Source: an uncultured Clostridium sp. (GTDB lineage: Bacteria > Bacillota_I > Bacilli_A > RF39 > UBA660). From it: a stretch of DNA of 64,000 bases. The stretch's first letter is position 1. Each line of letters opens with the position of its first letter. Location: contig CAMIWC010000005.1 in NCBI GenBank assembly GCA_946402315.1, forward strand, positions 854-64,853, in the 5' to 3' direction. The position numbers and the translations under genes were made by a program. The notes under the pieces are model-generated. The model did no database searches and was not told the DNA's origin. It saw only the letters and a program-made list of their open reading frames with translations. This document shows positions 38,032 through 48,213 of this stretch, piece by piece.

Positions 38032-38670
38032 TTAAGATATATAAATAGTCTTTTTACCTATAACTATAATAACTATAAAAATAGCAGCACCTACTACAAG
38101 TCTAAAATATGGATTATTATAAATTGGTTCTTTCTCTTCTTCTTTTTTACTTGTTTGTTGGATTTGTTCATCTTCTTTACTATAATCATCTGTTATAGGA
38201 TCATCTGAATCATCTTGAGTTAGTATTCCATCTCCTGGTGAATCATGAGTCCATCCTGTTTGAGTAATTACTTCATCAACTATATTTACTCTTAAACCAG
38301 GATCTTTTTCATATTCTTGTTTGATAACTTTAATAATTATTTCAGGATCTTCTTCAGGAGAGAATCCAGTAAAGTAACCATTTCCTACTAACATAAATGG
38401 TACTCCACTAATATCTAAATCAGTATAAGAAGCAACATATGATAATAAAATAGAATTGCTTTCATCATACCAAACTTCATATTTAATTAATTCATACATA
38501 TCTCCATAATCTGATTCTATAGAACTAAACCATTCTAATAATTCATGACAATGTGGACATGTTTCACCATAGAATAAATAGATTTTTACAGGATCCTTTT
38601 TTTGAGCATAAGCACTAGTTGGTAATAATAATACCAATCCAAAAATTAAAACTAATAATACTTTTTTCAT
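38032..38670 (-). CDS. Exported thioredoxin-fold protein with a CPHC active site and a C-terminal TM anchor (paralog)
   Basis: About 60% identical by eye to the neighbour over the Trx fold (ETCPHCHELLEW). Acidic linker, then a C-terminal TM. Confidence 0.7.
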   Translation of the reverse strand: MKKVLLVLIFGLVLLLPTSAYAQKKDPVKIYLFYGETCPHCHELLEWFSSIESDYGDMYELIKYEVWYDESNSILLSYVASYTDLDISGVPFMLVGNGYFTGFSPEEDPEIIIKVIKQEYEKDPGLRVNIVDEVITQTGWTHDSPGDGILTQDDSDDPITDDYSKEDEQIQQTSKKEEEKEPIYNNPYFRLVVGAAIFIVIIVIGKKTIYIS

Positions 38671-38682
38671 ATATTCTCCTTA

Positions 38683-39294
38683 TTAGAAAGATATCTCTTT
38701 CTTATTACTTTTTTTATTCATAATAAATAGTACAATACCTACTACTATTACAATTATAACAAATAATACAAATAATATCATTCTTGTACTTGTTTCTTTA
38801 GCTAAAGCATTCTTATTTTCTACTTTTTTAGTCTTACTTACTTGAATACTAATACCTTTATCTAGATTATCCCATTTAACTGTATTATTATCTATTTTAG
38901 TACCATTACTTGTTATTATTTTCATATCTGATTTAAAGGTTACTTTAATATCATTACCTGTACATAGATTATCTCCATCAGTAATAATACTTATGTATTT
39001 ATCTTCATCCAAAGTATATACTTTTTGGAAACAAGAATATAGTAATTTTAAACTATCTAAACTATTAGAATTAGATTTGAATACTTCTTTTCCATTTTCT
39101 TGAGTATGAGTAAATGAATCATCATAATTCTTTTGAGCATCAACTGCATCATTAAATTCATTTTCATCTTCAATAGATACTGAATCTACAGCTAGTTCTT
39201 CTTTAAAATAACCATCTTCATAAGTAATAATATATTCTGCTTTGCATCCAGTAAGTAATAATAATCCAATTACTAATAATAATATCTTTTTCAT
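38683..39294 (-). CDS. Lipoprotein with an additional C-terminal TM anchor
   Basis: Lipobox LLLTGC, plus a C-terminal helix and a KKSNKK tail. Confidence 0.6.
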   Translation of the reverse strand: MKKILLLVIGLLLLTGCKAEYIITYEDGYFKEELAVDSVSIEDENEFNDAVDAQKNYDDSFTHTQENGKEVFKSNSNSLDSLKLLYSCFQKVYTLDEDKYISIITDGDNLCTGNDIKVTFKSDMKIITSNGTKIDNNTVKWDNLDKGISIQVSKTKKVENKNALAKETSTRMILFVLFVIIVIVVGIVLFIMNKKSNKKEISF

Positions 39295-39302
39295 AATCTC
39301 AC

Positions 39303-40424
39303 CTACTGACTAATCATCCAATCTATTAATTCTTTTTCTTTATAAATATTAACTACTGTACCATGTCCATCATTAGGAGAAGGTAAAGCAAAGAATTGGG
39401 CATTTCCACCAGCATTATTTATTTGTTTAATGAAACTTTCATTACAACTTCTATAATGTCCTTCACGCGCACCAATATAGGAACGTATTGGGATATTAGT
39501 ATAAGAATTAACTCCATGTCCAGGACATCCTGAAACAGGTACTAAAGCAGAGAAATATCCAGGATGACGAGCTACCATATTCCAAGCACCATTTCCTCCT
39601 AAAGAGTGTCCAGTAATTATTATTTTCTTTCTATCTATTTGGTACTCAGTTACTTTTTGTTCAATTAAATCCATTACTTTTTTATCTACTGAACCCCAAT
39701 CACTACTAGTATTAGGAGCTAAGAAAACAGCATTGTAATCTTTATATAATCCTTCCTTCATATTCTTAGGAAAAGATACAGTTACCATAGCATTTAAACT
39801 ACCTCTTTCTCCACTACCATGAAGGAATATTATTAAAGCCATATTAGTTGTTGGTTTATCTGGTACATATTCCCAATACTTTAATCCATCACTAGTTTGT
39901 CCTTGTTTCATTCCAGGCGCTACTGAAAGAGGAGTTCCTGAACCAGCACTACTTTCTTTTCTTTTTCTCTCTTCTTCAGCTTTTTTCTCATTTTCTTGTC
40001 TTGCTTTTTCACGAGCATCAGCTACTCTTTGTCTTTCTTCTTCAGCAGCTTGTTTTTCTTCATCTCTTTTTAATTGTTCCGTTTTTTCTTGAGCTTCTTC
40101 AGCTAATTTATAAGTTTCTATATCTTCTTTATTAGCATTATTCCAACATTCTCCATCTTGGACTTTAGTACCACTTATAAAGGATATAACTAAACTAGCT
40201 AATAAAGGTAAAAAGAATATTGCTACTACCGCTACTACTTTACTAGTAATACTTTTTATATGATTATTAATAGTTTCTGTTTTACCTACTACTATTTTAA
40301 ATAATTCTAAACTTAAAGATATAATTAATATTAAAGGCACTACTAAACTAACTATTTCTATTACTGATTTAATAAATAAAATAGTTCCTAAAAACGATGA
40401 CTGTTCACATACATTCAATATCAT
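39303..40424 (-). CDS. Membrane-anchored alpha/beta hydrolase (esterase/PHB-depolymerase-like) with a charged coiled-coil linker
   Basis: N-terminal TM helices, an E/K/R-rich linker, FLHGSGERG and the nucleophile elbow GHSLGG. Confidence 0.65.
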   Translation of the reverse strand: MILNVCEQSSFLGTILFIKSVIEIVSLVVPLILIISLSLELFKIVVGKTETINNHIKSITSKVVAVVAIFFLPLLASLVISFISGTKVQDGECWNNANKEDIETYKLAEEAQEKTEQLKRDEEKQAAEEERQRVADAREKARQENEKKAEEERKRKESSAGSGTPLSVAPGMKQGQTSDGLKYWEYVPDKPTTNMALIIFLHGSGERGSLNAMVTVSFPKNMKEGLYKDYNAVFLAPNTSSDWGSVDKKVMDLIEQKVTEYQIDRKKIIITGHSLGGNGAWNMVARHPGYFSALVPVSGCPGHGVNSYTNIPIRSYIGAREGHYRSCNESFIKQINNAGGNAQFFALPSPNDGHGTVVNIYKEKELIDWMISQ

Positions 40425-40473
40425 TTATTATCACCAACTTTATTATAACAAAAAAAAGAAAGATTTCTCTTTC

Positions 40474-41601
40474 TTATTTAATACATTTGTCTAATTTTGT
40501 AATAATTGCTTCTTTATCCATATTTTTACCTATGAATACTAGTTTAACCATTCTATCTCCATAGACAGGATCCCAATCTTGTTCTAGTTTTGGTTCCATA
40601 GCTCTTAATCTATCAGATTCTTCTTTAGGCAAAGTAGCGAACCATTCTCCAGCTTGCATTAATGTTTTACTTGTTCCAGCTTGTTCAAACATATAACTCA
40701 TATCTTCTTCATCATCAAAATAAAGAACTCCTTTACAACGAATTATAGTTTCATCAAAGTCATTATTTGCAAACTTTTTAAACTTATTACGATCAAATGC
40801 TTTTCTTTCATAATATACAAAAGTACTGATACCATATTCTAAGGCTTCACCCTCTGGTTCTTCTTCCTCTTCTTTTTCAAGTTCTTCAACCCATCCAGCA
40901 GAAGAAACTGCTTTTTCAAAGTCAAATAGTTCTACACCTAAGATTTCTTTTAAATCTACTTTAGCATAATCTGTTTCAATAACTTTTGCATGTGGTTGTA
41001 ACTTTTTAATTACTGCTTTTACTTCATTTAATTCATCTTCAGTAACGTCAGATACTTTATTTAGAACGATAATATCACAAAATTCTAATTGTTGAATTAT
41101 TAAGTTCTCAATATCATCTTCTTCAATATCTTCTTTTAATAATTTATCTCCATGAGAGAATTCTTTAACTAATCTTAAAGCATCAGTTACAGTAATAATA
41201 GAATCTAATCTTACTATATCTTTATATCCATTTTCATTCATCATTTGATTAATTGTCATTATACTTTGAGCAATAGGTATTGGTTCACATATACCACTAG
41301 CTTCAATAAGTAAATAATCAAATTTGTGAGTATCATATAATTGTGCAATTTGTTCAATTAAATTCGTTTTTAAAGTACAACAAATACATCCATTAGAAAG
41401 TGCTACTAAGTTATCATCTTTTTCTTTAACTACTCCACCTTTTTCTATTAGATCTGCATCTATATTTACTTCACCAATGTCATTAACTATTACTGCAATT
41501 TTATATCCTTCTTGATTTTTTAAAATATGATTTATTAATGTAGTTTTTCCACTACCTAAGTAACCAGTTAATAGTGTTATTGGTAATACTTTATTATTCA
41601 T
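40474..41601 (-). CDS. CobW/COG0523-family GTPase metallochaperone
   Basis: GYLGSGKTTL P-loop, CICCT metal motif and an acidic linker EEEEEPEGE. Confidence 0.85.
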   Translation of the reverse strand: MNNKVLPITLLTGYLGSGKTTLINHILKNQEGYKIAVIVNDIGEVNIDADLIEKGGVVKEKDDNLVALSNGCICCTLKTNLIEQIAQLYDTHKFDYLLIEASGICEPIPIAQSIMTINQMMNENGYKDIVRLDSIITVTDALRLVKEFSHGDKLLKEDIEEDDIENLIIQQLEFCDIIVLNKVSDVTEDELNEVKAVIKKLQPHAKVIETDYAKVDLKEILGVELFDFEKAVSSAGWVEELEKEEEEEPEGEALEYGISTFVYYERKAFDRNKFKKFANNDFDETIIRCKGVLYFDDEEDMSYMFEQAGTSKTLMQAGEWFATLPKEESDRLRAMEPKLEQDWDPVYGDRMVKLVFIGKNMDKEAIITKLDKCIK

Positions 41602-41691
41602 ATAATCACCCTTTCAAATGAAATTATATCATACTTTAACTTTAATAAAATAATAAAATATGTTATTATTAGACTATGAGAAGGAGGAAAT

Positions 41692-42321
41692 ATGAATAAC
41701 AATTTTATATCTAAAGTATATAAATGGCTAGCAATTGGTCTATTAATTACTTTTGGATGTGGATTTTTCTTATCTGTAAATACAGATCTATTTATGAGTA
41801 TTATTGAGGCATATGGAGTATTTGTAGCTATAGAAATAGTATTAGGTTTAGTAATGATATTTGCACTACATAAATTAAGTGAAACAGTAGTCAAAACTAT
41901 GTACTTAATCTATACTGCTATAACAGGAATAACTTTTGGATCAATATTCATTGTATATGAAGTTAGTTCAATTATGTGGGTATTCTTAGCAACAGCAGTT
42001 ATCTTTGGAGTATTAGGATTCATTGGTAAAAATACAAAGAAGAATCTAAATGGATTTGGTACATTCTTATTTGTAGCACTACTAGCATCATTAATACTAT
42101 TAATAATTAATGCGTTTGTAGGAAGTGCCGTTCTTGATTTAGGACTAGCAATTGCAATACTATTAATATTCTGTGGATACTTAGTTATAGATATGTGGCG
42201 TATCTCTAAAATGAATCCAGATACAGAAGAAAAATATGCTGTTTACTGGGCATTCCAATTATACTTAGATATCATTAATATCATAATTAAATTATTACAA
42301 TTATTTGGAAAAAGAAATTAA
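41692..42321 (+). CDS. Bax inhibitor-1/YccA family membrane protein
   Basis: Seven-TM ~209-aa protein with the typical family layout. SD GGAGGA. Confidence 0.7.
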   Translation: MNNNFISKVYKWLAIGLLITFGCGFFLSVNTDLFMSIIEAYGVFVAIEIVLGLVMIFALHKLSETVVKTMYLIYTAITGITFGSIFIVYEVSSIMWVFLATAVIFGVLGFIGKNTKKNLNGFGTFLFVALLASLILLIINAFVGSAVLDLGLAIAILLIFCGYLVIDMWRISKMNPDTEEKYAVYWAFQLYLDIINIIIKLLQLFGKRN

Positions 42322-42324
42322 TAA

Positions 42325-42351
42325 AAAAACATCTCATTACGAGATGTTTTT
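42325..42351. terminator. Bidirectional intrinsic terminator
   Basis: AAAAACATCTC-ATTAC-GAGATGTTTTT. Confidence 0.65.
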
Positions 42352-43769
42352 TAATTGTTTACTCTATGTCTTACTTTAGGAGAATCAACATCTAATACTT
42401 TGAATGTAAATCCATTTTCAGTACCATATTTAAGTATTTCTTCCATAGCATCTACTGTAGATTTATGAATATCATGCATAAGTATTACAGCATTACTATG
42501 AGTTCTCATTCCATTAATAACATTCTTAACTGTTTTTTCTTTAGTAGGATTTCCATCAGCATCTCCACTAGATACATTCCAGTCAAAATAATAATATCCT
42601 TCAGAAGTCATTAACTTAGTAAGTTCTGTCATAATACCTTTTTTATACTTTTTAGATACTGTATTTGATGCTCCTCCTGGAAATCTAAATATCTTAGCTC
42701 TTGAACCAGTTTGTTGTTCAATTATATTATTCATCTTATTAAAGTCGTCTTTATATGCATCTACACTAGTATAAATAGTTTTATAATTATGCGTATATGA
42801 GTGTACTCCAACAGCGTGCCCTCTTCTTGCTTCTTCTCCTATTAAATAATTATATTTACTATTATTAACTACAAAGAATGTAGCTTTAACATTATATTTA
42901 TCTAATAAATTTAATAATCTTTCAGTATGAGCACCAGGACCATCATCAAATGTTAAGTAAACTATTTTATTACTTGTAATCTTATTTGATGGTACATCTG
43001 ATTTTTTTACTACTTTAACAATTCTAGTAGCTTTTAATTCTTGATCACTATAAGTAGCACTATATTCTACTTTATACTCTCCTATTTTACTGGCATTAAC
43101 CGTACTATCAGTTTTTACTTCTAGTTCTTTTTTATTACCACAAACATCAGCTACATAAGCACCTTGATCTGCATAATTAGAATTAACCGCAACATATACA
43201 GTAGGTGTACCATTCATCTTAATAGAAGGAGTTGGTTCTTCTTCTTTAACTATTGGTATTTGTTTAATTGTTTTATTTCCTTTACTATCAGAAACAGATA
43301 ATAGATAACTATCTTCTTGTTTTTCAATTGTTACTTGTTCAGTAACATCTCCATCCCCATTATCTATAGCTGTAAATGTTAATTTATCTTTTTCTTTTCC
43401 TGTACAGAACTCTGTCTCTATTTTCTCAAAGTTAGTTGTTATTACAGGTCCCTCTTCATCTACTACTCTTACTGTTCTATCTATTTTATATACTTTATGT
43501 TTATAAGTTATATTATATGTTTCTTTATATGTACCTAAAACTTCAGTATTGATATTACTATCTATCTCTACTTTATAAGAATCTTTATTAATTTCTTTAC
43601 CATTTACTTTAAGAGAAATACCTTTATCTTCATATTCATGTTTTAATTCAGTTTTTATAACTTTATCTCCCACTAAAGCAATACTAGGTTTAGAAAGAAT
43701 TACATAGGATATAATTCCAACTAATAAAACTAATAATCCTATAGATCCTATTAAAATGCCTTTTTTCAT
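42351..43769 (-). CDS. Membrane-anchored polysaccharide deacetylase (NodB) with N-terminal Ig-like domains
   Basis: [12 protein letters not shown] and HSYTH NodB motifs. N-terminal TM and two Ig-like repeats. Confidence 0.85.
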   Translation of the reverse strand: MKKGILIGSIGLLVLLVGIISYVILSKPSIALVGDKVIKTELKHEYEDKGISLKVNGKEINKDSYKVEIDSNINTEVLGTYKETYNITYKHKVYKIDRTVRVVDEEGPVITTNFEKIETEFCTGKEKDKLTFTAIDNGDGDVTEQVTIEKQEDSYLLSVSDSKGNKTIKQIPIVKEEEPTPSIKMNGTPTVYVAVNSNYADQGAYVADVCGNKKELEVKTDSTVNASKIGEYKVEYSATYSDQELKATRIVKVVKKSDVPSNKITSNKIVYLTFDDGPGAHTERLLNLLDKYNVKATFFVVNNSKYNYLIGEEARRGHAVGVHSYTHNYKTIYTSVDAYKDDFNKMNNIIEQQTGSRAKIFRFPGGASNTVSKKYKKGIMTELTKLMTSEGYYYFDWNVSSGDADGNPTKEKTVKNVINGMRTHSNAVILMHDIHKSTVDAMEEILKYGTENGFTFKVLDVDSPKVRHRVNN

Positions 43770-43996
43770 TTTCTCACCTTCTTATTATTTTTAGGTACTG
43801 GATCATATCCACTTCCACCGAATGGATTACATCTACATATTCTCTTTATTCCCATCCATAACCCTCTTATAGAACCATATTCTTCTATAGCATTTATTGT
43901 ATATTCTGAACAAGTTGGAGTATATCTACATAAACTATGTGTATGTAGAGGCATCTTTTGATATAGTCTAATTGATTTTATAAGAAAATTACTCAT
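43766..43996 (-). CDS. yidD: Membrane protein insertion efficiency factor YidD
   Basis: [10 protein letters not shown]...[13 protein letters not shown]. Confidence 0.9.
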   Translation of the reverse strand: MSNFLIKSIRLYQKMPLHTHSLCRYTPTCSEYTINAIEEYGSIRGLWMGIKRICRCNPFGGSGYDPVPKNNKKVRK

Positions 43997-44004
43997 GTTA
44001 ACTC

Positions 44005-44187
44005 CTATTTATTTAAATCATTTGCAACACTTTGTACTTCATTTACTCCATCAATCATATTTTCTAGATCTTCTCTAATTCTACTCATTATATAAAATGA
44101 TCCAAATGATTTATAATACTCATAATTATTTACTAATTTTTCTAAGGAATCTTCTATTCCTAATACATAATCTTCAACATTATTCAT
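44005..44187 (-). CDS. Small helical protein (60 aa)
   Basis: Start MNNVEDY with SD AAAGGTGA. It overlaps the upstream stop as ATGAATAA. Confidence 0.5.
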   Translation of the reverse strand: MNNVEDYVLGIEDSLEKLVNNYEYYKSFGSFYIMSRIREDLENMIDGVNEVQSVANDLNK

Positions 44188-44473
44188 TAGTATCACCTTT
44201 TTCTTTATCAAAATCACTTAATATTCTATTAAACAATTCTTCTATATCTGTAAGATTTTCATCTATTGATTCATTAGCTTTAGATACAGCTTCAGCAAGT
44301 TTAACTTTATTATCTTCACTTACTTCTGTACCTTCTAATAACTTATCACAATTAATAGCGTCTTTAACTTCAGATACTGCATTTTGTATATCTAAAAGAA
44401 GTTTTTCAAAACCTTCTTTTGACATTCCGTATGAAAACAATTCTTCTATTTTAATATCTTCTTTTTCTTCCAT
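44180..44473 (-). CDS. Small acidic helical protein (97 aa)
   Basis: ORF with helical heptad character. No recognizable motif. Confidence 0.5.
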   Translation of the reverse strand: MEEKEDIKIEELFSYGMSKEGFEKLLLDIQNAVSEVKDAINCDKLLEGTEVSEDNKVKLAEAVSKANESIDENLTDIEELFNRILSDFDKEKGDTNE

Positions 44474-44529
44474 AGCCTAATCCCTTTCTCTATTATTAAT
44501 TATACCTTTTAAGAGGTTTATATTCAATA

Positions 44530-46080
44530 TTATTCATGTTCTAAAATGGACTTTGCACACTTTATTCCATCTATTGCTGCACTCATAATTCCACCGGCAT
44601 ATCCAGGACCTTCTCCACACGGATATAATCCTTTAATATTAGATTCAAATAAATCATCACGAACTATTCTAACAGGAGAACTACTACGAGTTTCTACTCC
44701 AGTTAAAATAGCATCTGGATTTGCAAAACCTTTTATCTTTTTGTCAAAGTAAGTAATTGCTTCTTTCATTGTATTACTTACAAATCCTGGAAGTATTTTA
44801 TTCAAATTAGTAAGTTCTACTCCAGGAAGGTATGTTGGTTTAATTGAACCAATATAAGTACTCTTTTGATTATTTAAGAAATCCTCTACTCTTTGAATAG
44901 GTGCATTATAATTAGATCCTCCAAGAACAAAGGCTTTTTCTTCAAGATCTTTTTGAAAATCTAGTCCACTAAGAGGATTACTATCTTTAAAATCTTCAGG
45001 AACTACATTAACTAAAAGTGCACTATTAGCATTTTCTAAATCTCTATTAAATGTACTCATACCATTAGTAACTATTTCTCCTTCTCCACTAGATGAAGCA
45101 ATAACTACTCCCCCAGGACACATACAGAAAGTATAAGCACTTCTATTCTTTCCATGATATACAAGTTTATATTCAGCAGGAGGTAATTTTAATTTAGGAT
45201 GTTCTCCATATTGACTAATATTTATATCTTTTTGTAGATGTTCTATTCTAACCCCTACAGAGAATGGTTTTTGTGTCATAGATACGCCTAATTCATTTAA
45301 CTTTTTAAAAGTATTTCTAGCACTATGACCAATTGCAAGGATAACAGTATCTGAATAATACTTTTCTTTGCCTACTACTCCTACTACTTTATTTCCTTCT
45401 ACTAAAAAGTCAGTAATCTCTTCATTAAAATGATATTCTCCACCAAGAGACTCAATATACTCTCTTATATTTTTTACTATTTTAACTAAATTATCAGTTC
45501 CAATATGAGGTTTACTAAGATAAAGAATTTCTTTTGGTGCTCCAAACTTATGAAATAATTCTAGTACTTCTCTACAATAATTACTATTTATTCCAGTAGT
45601 TAATTTTCCGTCAGAAAATGTACCTGCTCCGCCTTCACCAAATTGAACATTAGAATGAATATCTAACTTTCTATTATTTTTAAAATTATCTACTTTATTT
45701 ATTCTTTCTTCTACTTTATCTCCTTGTTCAAAAATAATAGGTTTAACTCCATTATTAATTAGAGTTAAAGCACAAAAAAGACCAGCTGGACCACTACCAA
45801 TAATAATAGGTCTATCCGCGCTTTTTCTTTTTACAACTATACTTTCTTTTTTATCTTCTTCTATATGAATACAATTAGGTACATCATATTCAGATTCATA
45901 TACTAAATCAAAAGTATAATTATAATAAATATCATTTTTGTCCCTTGCATCAATAGACTTTTTTCTTATATAGAATTCTTTTATATTTTCTTTAAAAAGT
46001 TTTTCTTTTTTACATAAGAAATCTATTAATTTTTCATCTGATAAATTTTGTCTTACTTTAATATTATTAAATCTTATCAT
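44530..46080 (-). CDS. FAD-dependent oxidoreductase (COG2509-type)
   Basis: IIIGSGPAGLFCAL dinucleotide-binding motif. C-terminal GEGPGYAGGIMSAAIDG. Confidence 0.8.
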   Translation of the reverse strand: MIRFNNIKVRQNLSDEKLIDFLCKKEKLFKENIKEFYIRKKSIDARDKNDIYYNYTFDLVYESEYDVPNCIHIEEDKKESIVVKRKSADRPIIIGSGPAGLFCALTLINNGVKPIIFEQGDKVEERINKVDNFKNNRKLDIHSNVQFGEGGAGTFSDGKLTTGINSNYCREVLELFHKFGAPKEILYLSKPHIGTDNLVKIVKNIREYIESLGGEYHFNEEITDFLVEGNKVVGVVGKEKYYSDTVILAIGHSARNTFKKLNELGVSMTQKPFSVGVRIEHLQKDINISQYGEHPKLKLPPAEYKLVYHGKNRSAYTFCMCPGGVVIASSSGEGEIVTNGMSTFNRDLENANSALLVNVVPEDFKDSNPLSGLDFQKDLEEKAFVLGGSNYNAPIQRVEDFLNNQKSTYIGSIKPTYLPGVELTNLNKILPGFVSNTMKEAITYFDKKIKGFANPDAILTGVETRSSSPVRIVRDDLFESNIKGLYPCGEGPGYAGGIMSAAIDGIKCAKSILEHE

Positions 46081-46151
46081 AACTACCTCAATAACTAGTT
46101 ATAAAATACCATAAATATTTGTAATATGCTATACTTTAGGTAGGTGATATT

Positions 46152-47021
46152 ATGAAATATATTTTTCTTATTAATACCTTTTCTTTAAAAGATAAAACAA
46201 ATTATATGATTGATAAAATAGAAGAAGCATCAAATAAATTTGGATTTAAATATATAATTGAAACTAATAATGAGAAGAGATCTACTGAAGATATATTAGA
46301 TAGTTATAAAAACAAGAAAGAAACTATTATTGTAATAGGTGGAGATGGAGTAATAAATAGAGCTTTAAATAAATTAATTAATACTAAAAATACACTAGGT
46401 TTTATTCCATTTGGTACAGGTAATGATTTTAATAGATACGCTAAAGAAGAATTTAAAGATGGTATTAATCAATGTGATGTTATTAAGATAAACAATAAAT
46501 ATTTCATTAATATAGCTTGTTTTGGTATAGATGCAGAGATTGCTAATAACTCAGATATAATTCATAGTAAATTTATTCCAAAGAGTCAAAGATATAATGC
46601 TAGCATAGTTGCTAATTTTATAAAGTTTAAAGCAAAAAAATTCACAGTTTCTGTGAATAAAGAAAAATATGAGAATAATTTTTCCACAATAGTTGTTGGT
46701 AATGCTAGATATTATGGTGGTGGTTATAAAATATCCCCAGAAGGTATCGTAAATGATGGAAAAATGGAACTATATTTAGTAGATAAACTTAGTAGATTAA
46801 ATGTTGCTTTGCTTCTAGGTAAAATAAAAAAGGGAAAACATACAAATAATAAGCATTTAAAACTAATTAAAACTAATAAATTAAAAATAGCGTGTGAAAA
46901 AGAAATAACTGCTAATATAGATGGAGAAGAATTAATAGGTAAAACATTTAATTTAGAACTTATACCTAAAGCAATTAATATATATTATGATAAAAGACTA
47001 ATTAAATTTTTGACAAAATAA
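46152..47021 (+). CDS. Diacylglycerol/lipid kinase family protein (YegS/BmrU-type)
   Basis: VIGGDGVINRAL, FGTGNDF and a C-terminal DGE motif. Confidence 0.8.
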   Translation: MKYIFLINTFSLKDKTNYMIDKIEEASNKFGFKYIIETNNEKRSTEDILDSYKNKKETIIVIGGDGVINRALNKLINTKNTLGFIPFGTGNDFNRYAKEEFKDGINQCDVIKINNKYFINIACFGIDAEIANNSDIIHSKFIPKSQRYNASIVANFIKFKAKKFTVSVNKEKYENNFSTIVVGNARYYGGGYKISPEGIVNDGKMELYLVDKLSRLNVALLLGKIKKGKHTNNKHLKLIKTNKLKIACEKEITANIDGEELIGKTFNLELIPKAINIYYDKRLIKFLTK

Positions 47022-47038
47022 AAAAGACTTAGTCTTTT

Positions 47039-47644
47039 TTATTTGTTTTCCTCTAGATATTCGTCTAATTTTGCTTTCCAATTTCCATCGCTATCTTCAG
47101 CATAAAATCCCTGTTTCATAGCAACACAATCAAATAAAGTGTTCATTCCTTCTTTAGATTTCCTATAGTTGGAAATATTTCTTGTAGAAATACCAATTGA
47201 AGATCCAGCTGCATATGAATCTATGTCAGCTCCCAAGTAGATAAATTCCCATTCTTTGTGTTTCTTGATTAATTTTTTAATCATTTCATTATTAAATTCT
47301 TTTGATGCATTTTCATAACCATCAGTAGTTATTACAAATAATACTTTATCTGTTTTAACTTTTTCCATCTTTTTAATAGTATCTCCTAAAGCATCATATA
47401 AAGCAGTACATCCACCTACACAATAATCTTCTTCAGTCATTTTCTTTACCTTTTTAATATCTACTCTATCATGTAATGTATGATGTGTACTATCAAAAAT
47501 CACTGTTGTAATTTTAGTAATATACGCATCTTCTTTCTTGGTTTTACTTAAATAGGAATTAAAACCTCCAATAGTATCTAATTCTGATCCACTCATTGAT
47601 CCACTCTTATCTAGAATAAAAACTACATCCATTGTTTTTTTCAT
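47039..47644 (-). CDS. Cytoplasmic von Willebrand factor A (VWA) domain protein
   Basis: MIDAS DKSGSMSG...T...TDGYEN. No signal peptide. Confidence 0.75.
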   Translation of the reverse strand: MKKTMDVVFILDKSGSMSGSELDTIGGFNSYLSKTKKEDAYITKITTVIFDSTHHTLHDRVDIKKVKKMTEEDYCVGGCTALYDALGDTIKKMEKVKTDKVLFVITTDGYENASKEFNNEMIKKLIKKHKEWEFIYLGADIDSYAAGSSIGISTRNISNYRKSKEGMNTLFDCVAMKQGFYAEDSDGNWKAKLDEYLEENK

Positions 47645-47715
47645 ATTATCTCTCCTTTTCTGGTATAATAATAGTATATTTAGAAACGACTATGGTCGCC
47701 TTAAGGGGGACAATT

Positions 47716-48192
47716 ATGAAAGATAAATTGCAAGAATATATTAATAGTTATTTAAGAGTAGATTTTGGTCTTAGAAAATGTAAAATGGCAAGTATTAATT
47801 TCGATGCTTGTGCATTTGAAGAATCAATAGATACCTATATAGATGAAAATAAGAACGATAATAAATTTCAAAAACTGTTATTTAAATATATAGATGAAAG
47901 AAATCTAAAAGATAGTGATGTTTATAATAAAGTTAATATGGATAGAAGACTATTTAGTAAGATTAGAAATCAAGAAGATTATCATCCATCTAAAGAAACA
48001 ATAATTCTTCTTGGTATAGCACTAGAATTAAATGAAAAAGAAATAGAAGAATTACTTGATAGTGCTTCATATTCATTACCATATAATAATACTTATGATT
48101 TAATAATTAGATTTTGTTTTAAAGAAAAGATATATAATATCAATACTATAAATGAATTCTTATATGATTATAATTTGAAAACATTACAATAA
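47716..48192 (+). CDS. Helix-turn-helix-like small protein (unknown family), divergent from the VWA gene
   Basis: Start MKDKLQEY with SD AGGGGGA. The central segment KDSDVYNKVNMDRRLFSKIRN...PSKETIILLGIAL resembles an XRE-type HTH. Confidence 0.45.
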   Translation: MKDKLQEYINSYLRVDFGLRKCKMASINFDACAFEESIDTYIDENKNDNKFQKLLFKYIDERNLKDSDVYNKVNMDRRLFSKIRNQEDYHPSKETIILLGIALELNEKEIEELLDSASYSLPYNNTYDLIIRFCFKEKIYNINTINEFLYDYNLKTLQ

Positions 48193-48213
48193 AAAAGAGC
48201 TAAGAAATTAGCT

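Noticed and set aside
44005-44473. The two ~60-100 aa helical proteins could be WXG100/ESAT-6-like type VII secretion substrates.
   Set aside because: Neither has a central WxG motif, and no EssC/FtsK-type ATPase or other T7SS gene is nearby. The T4CP-like gene at 50.6 kb belongs to a different family.
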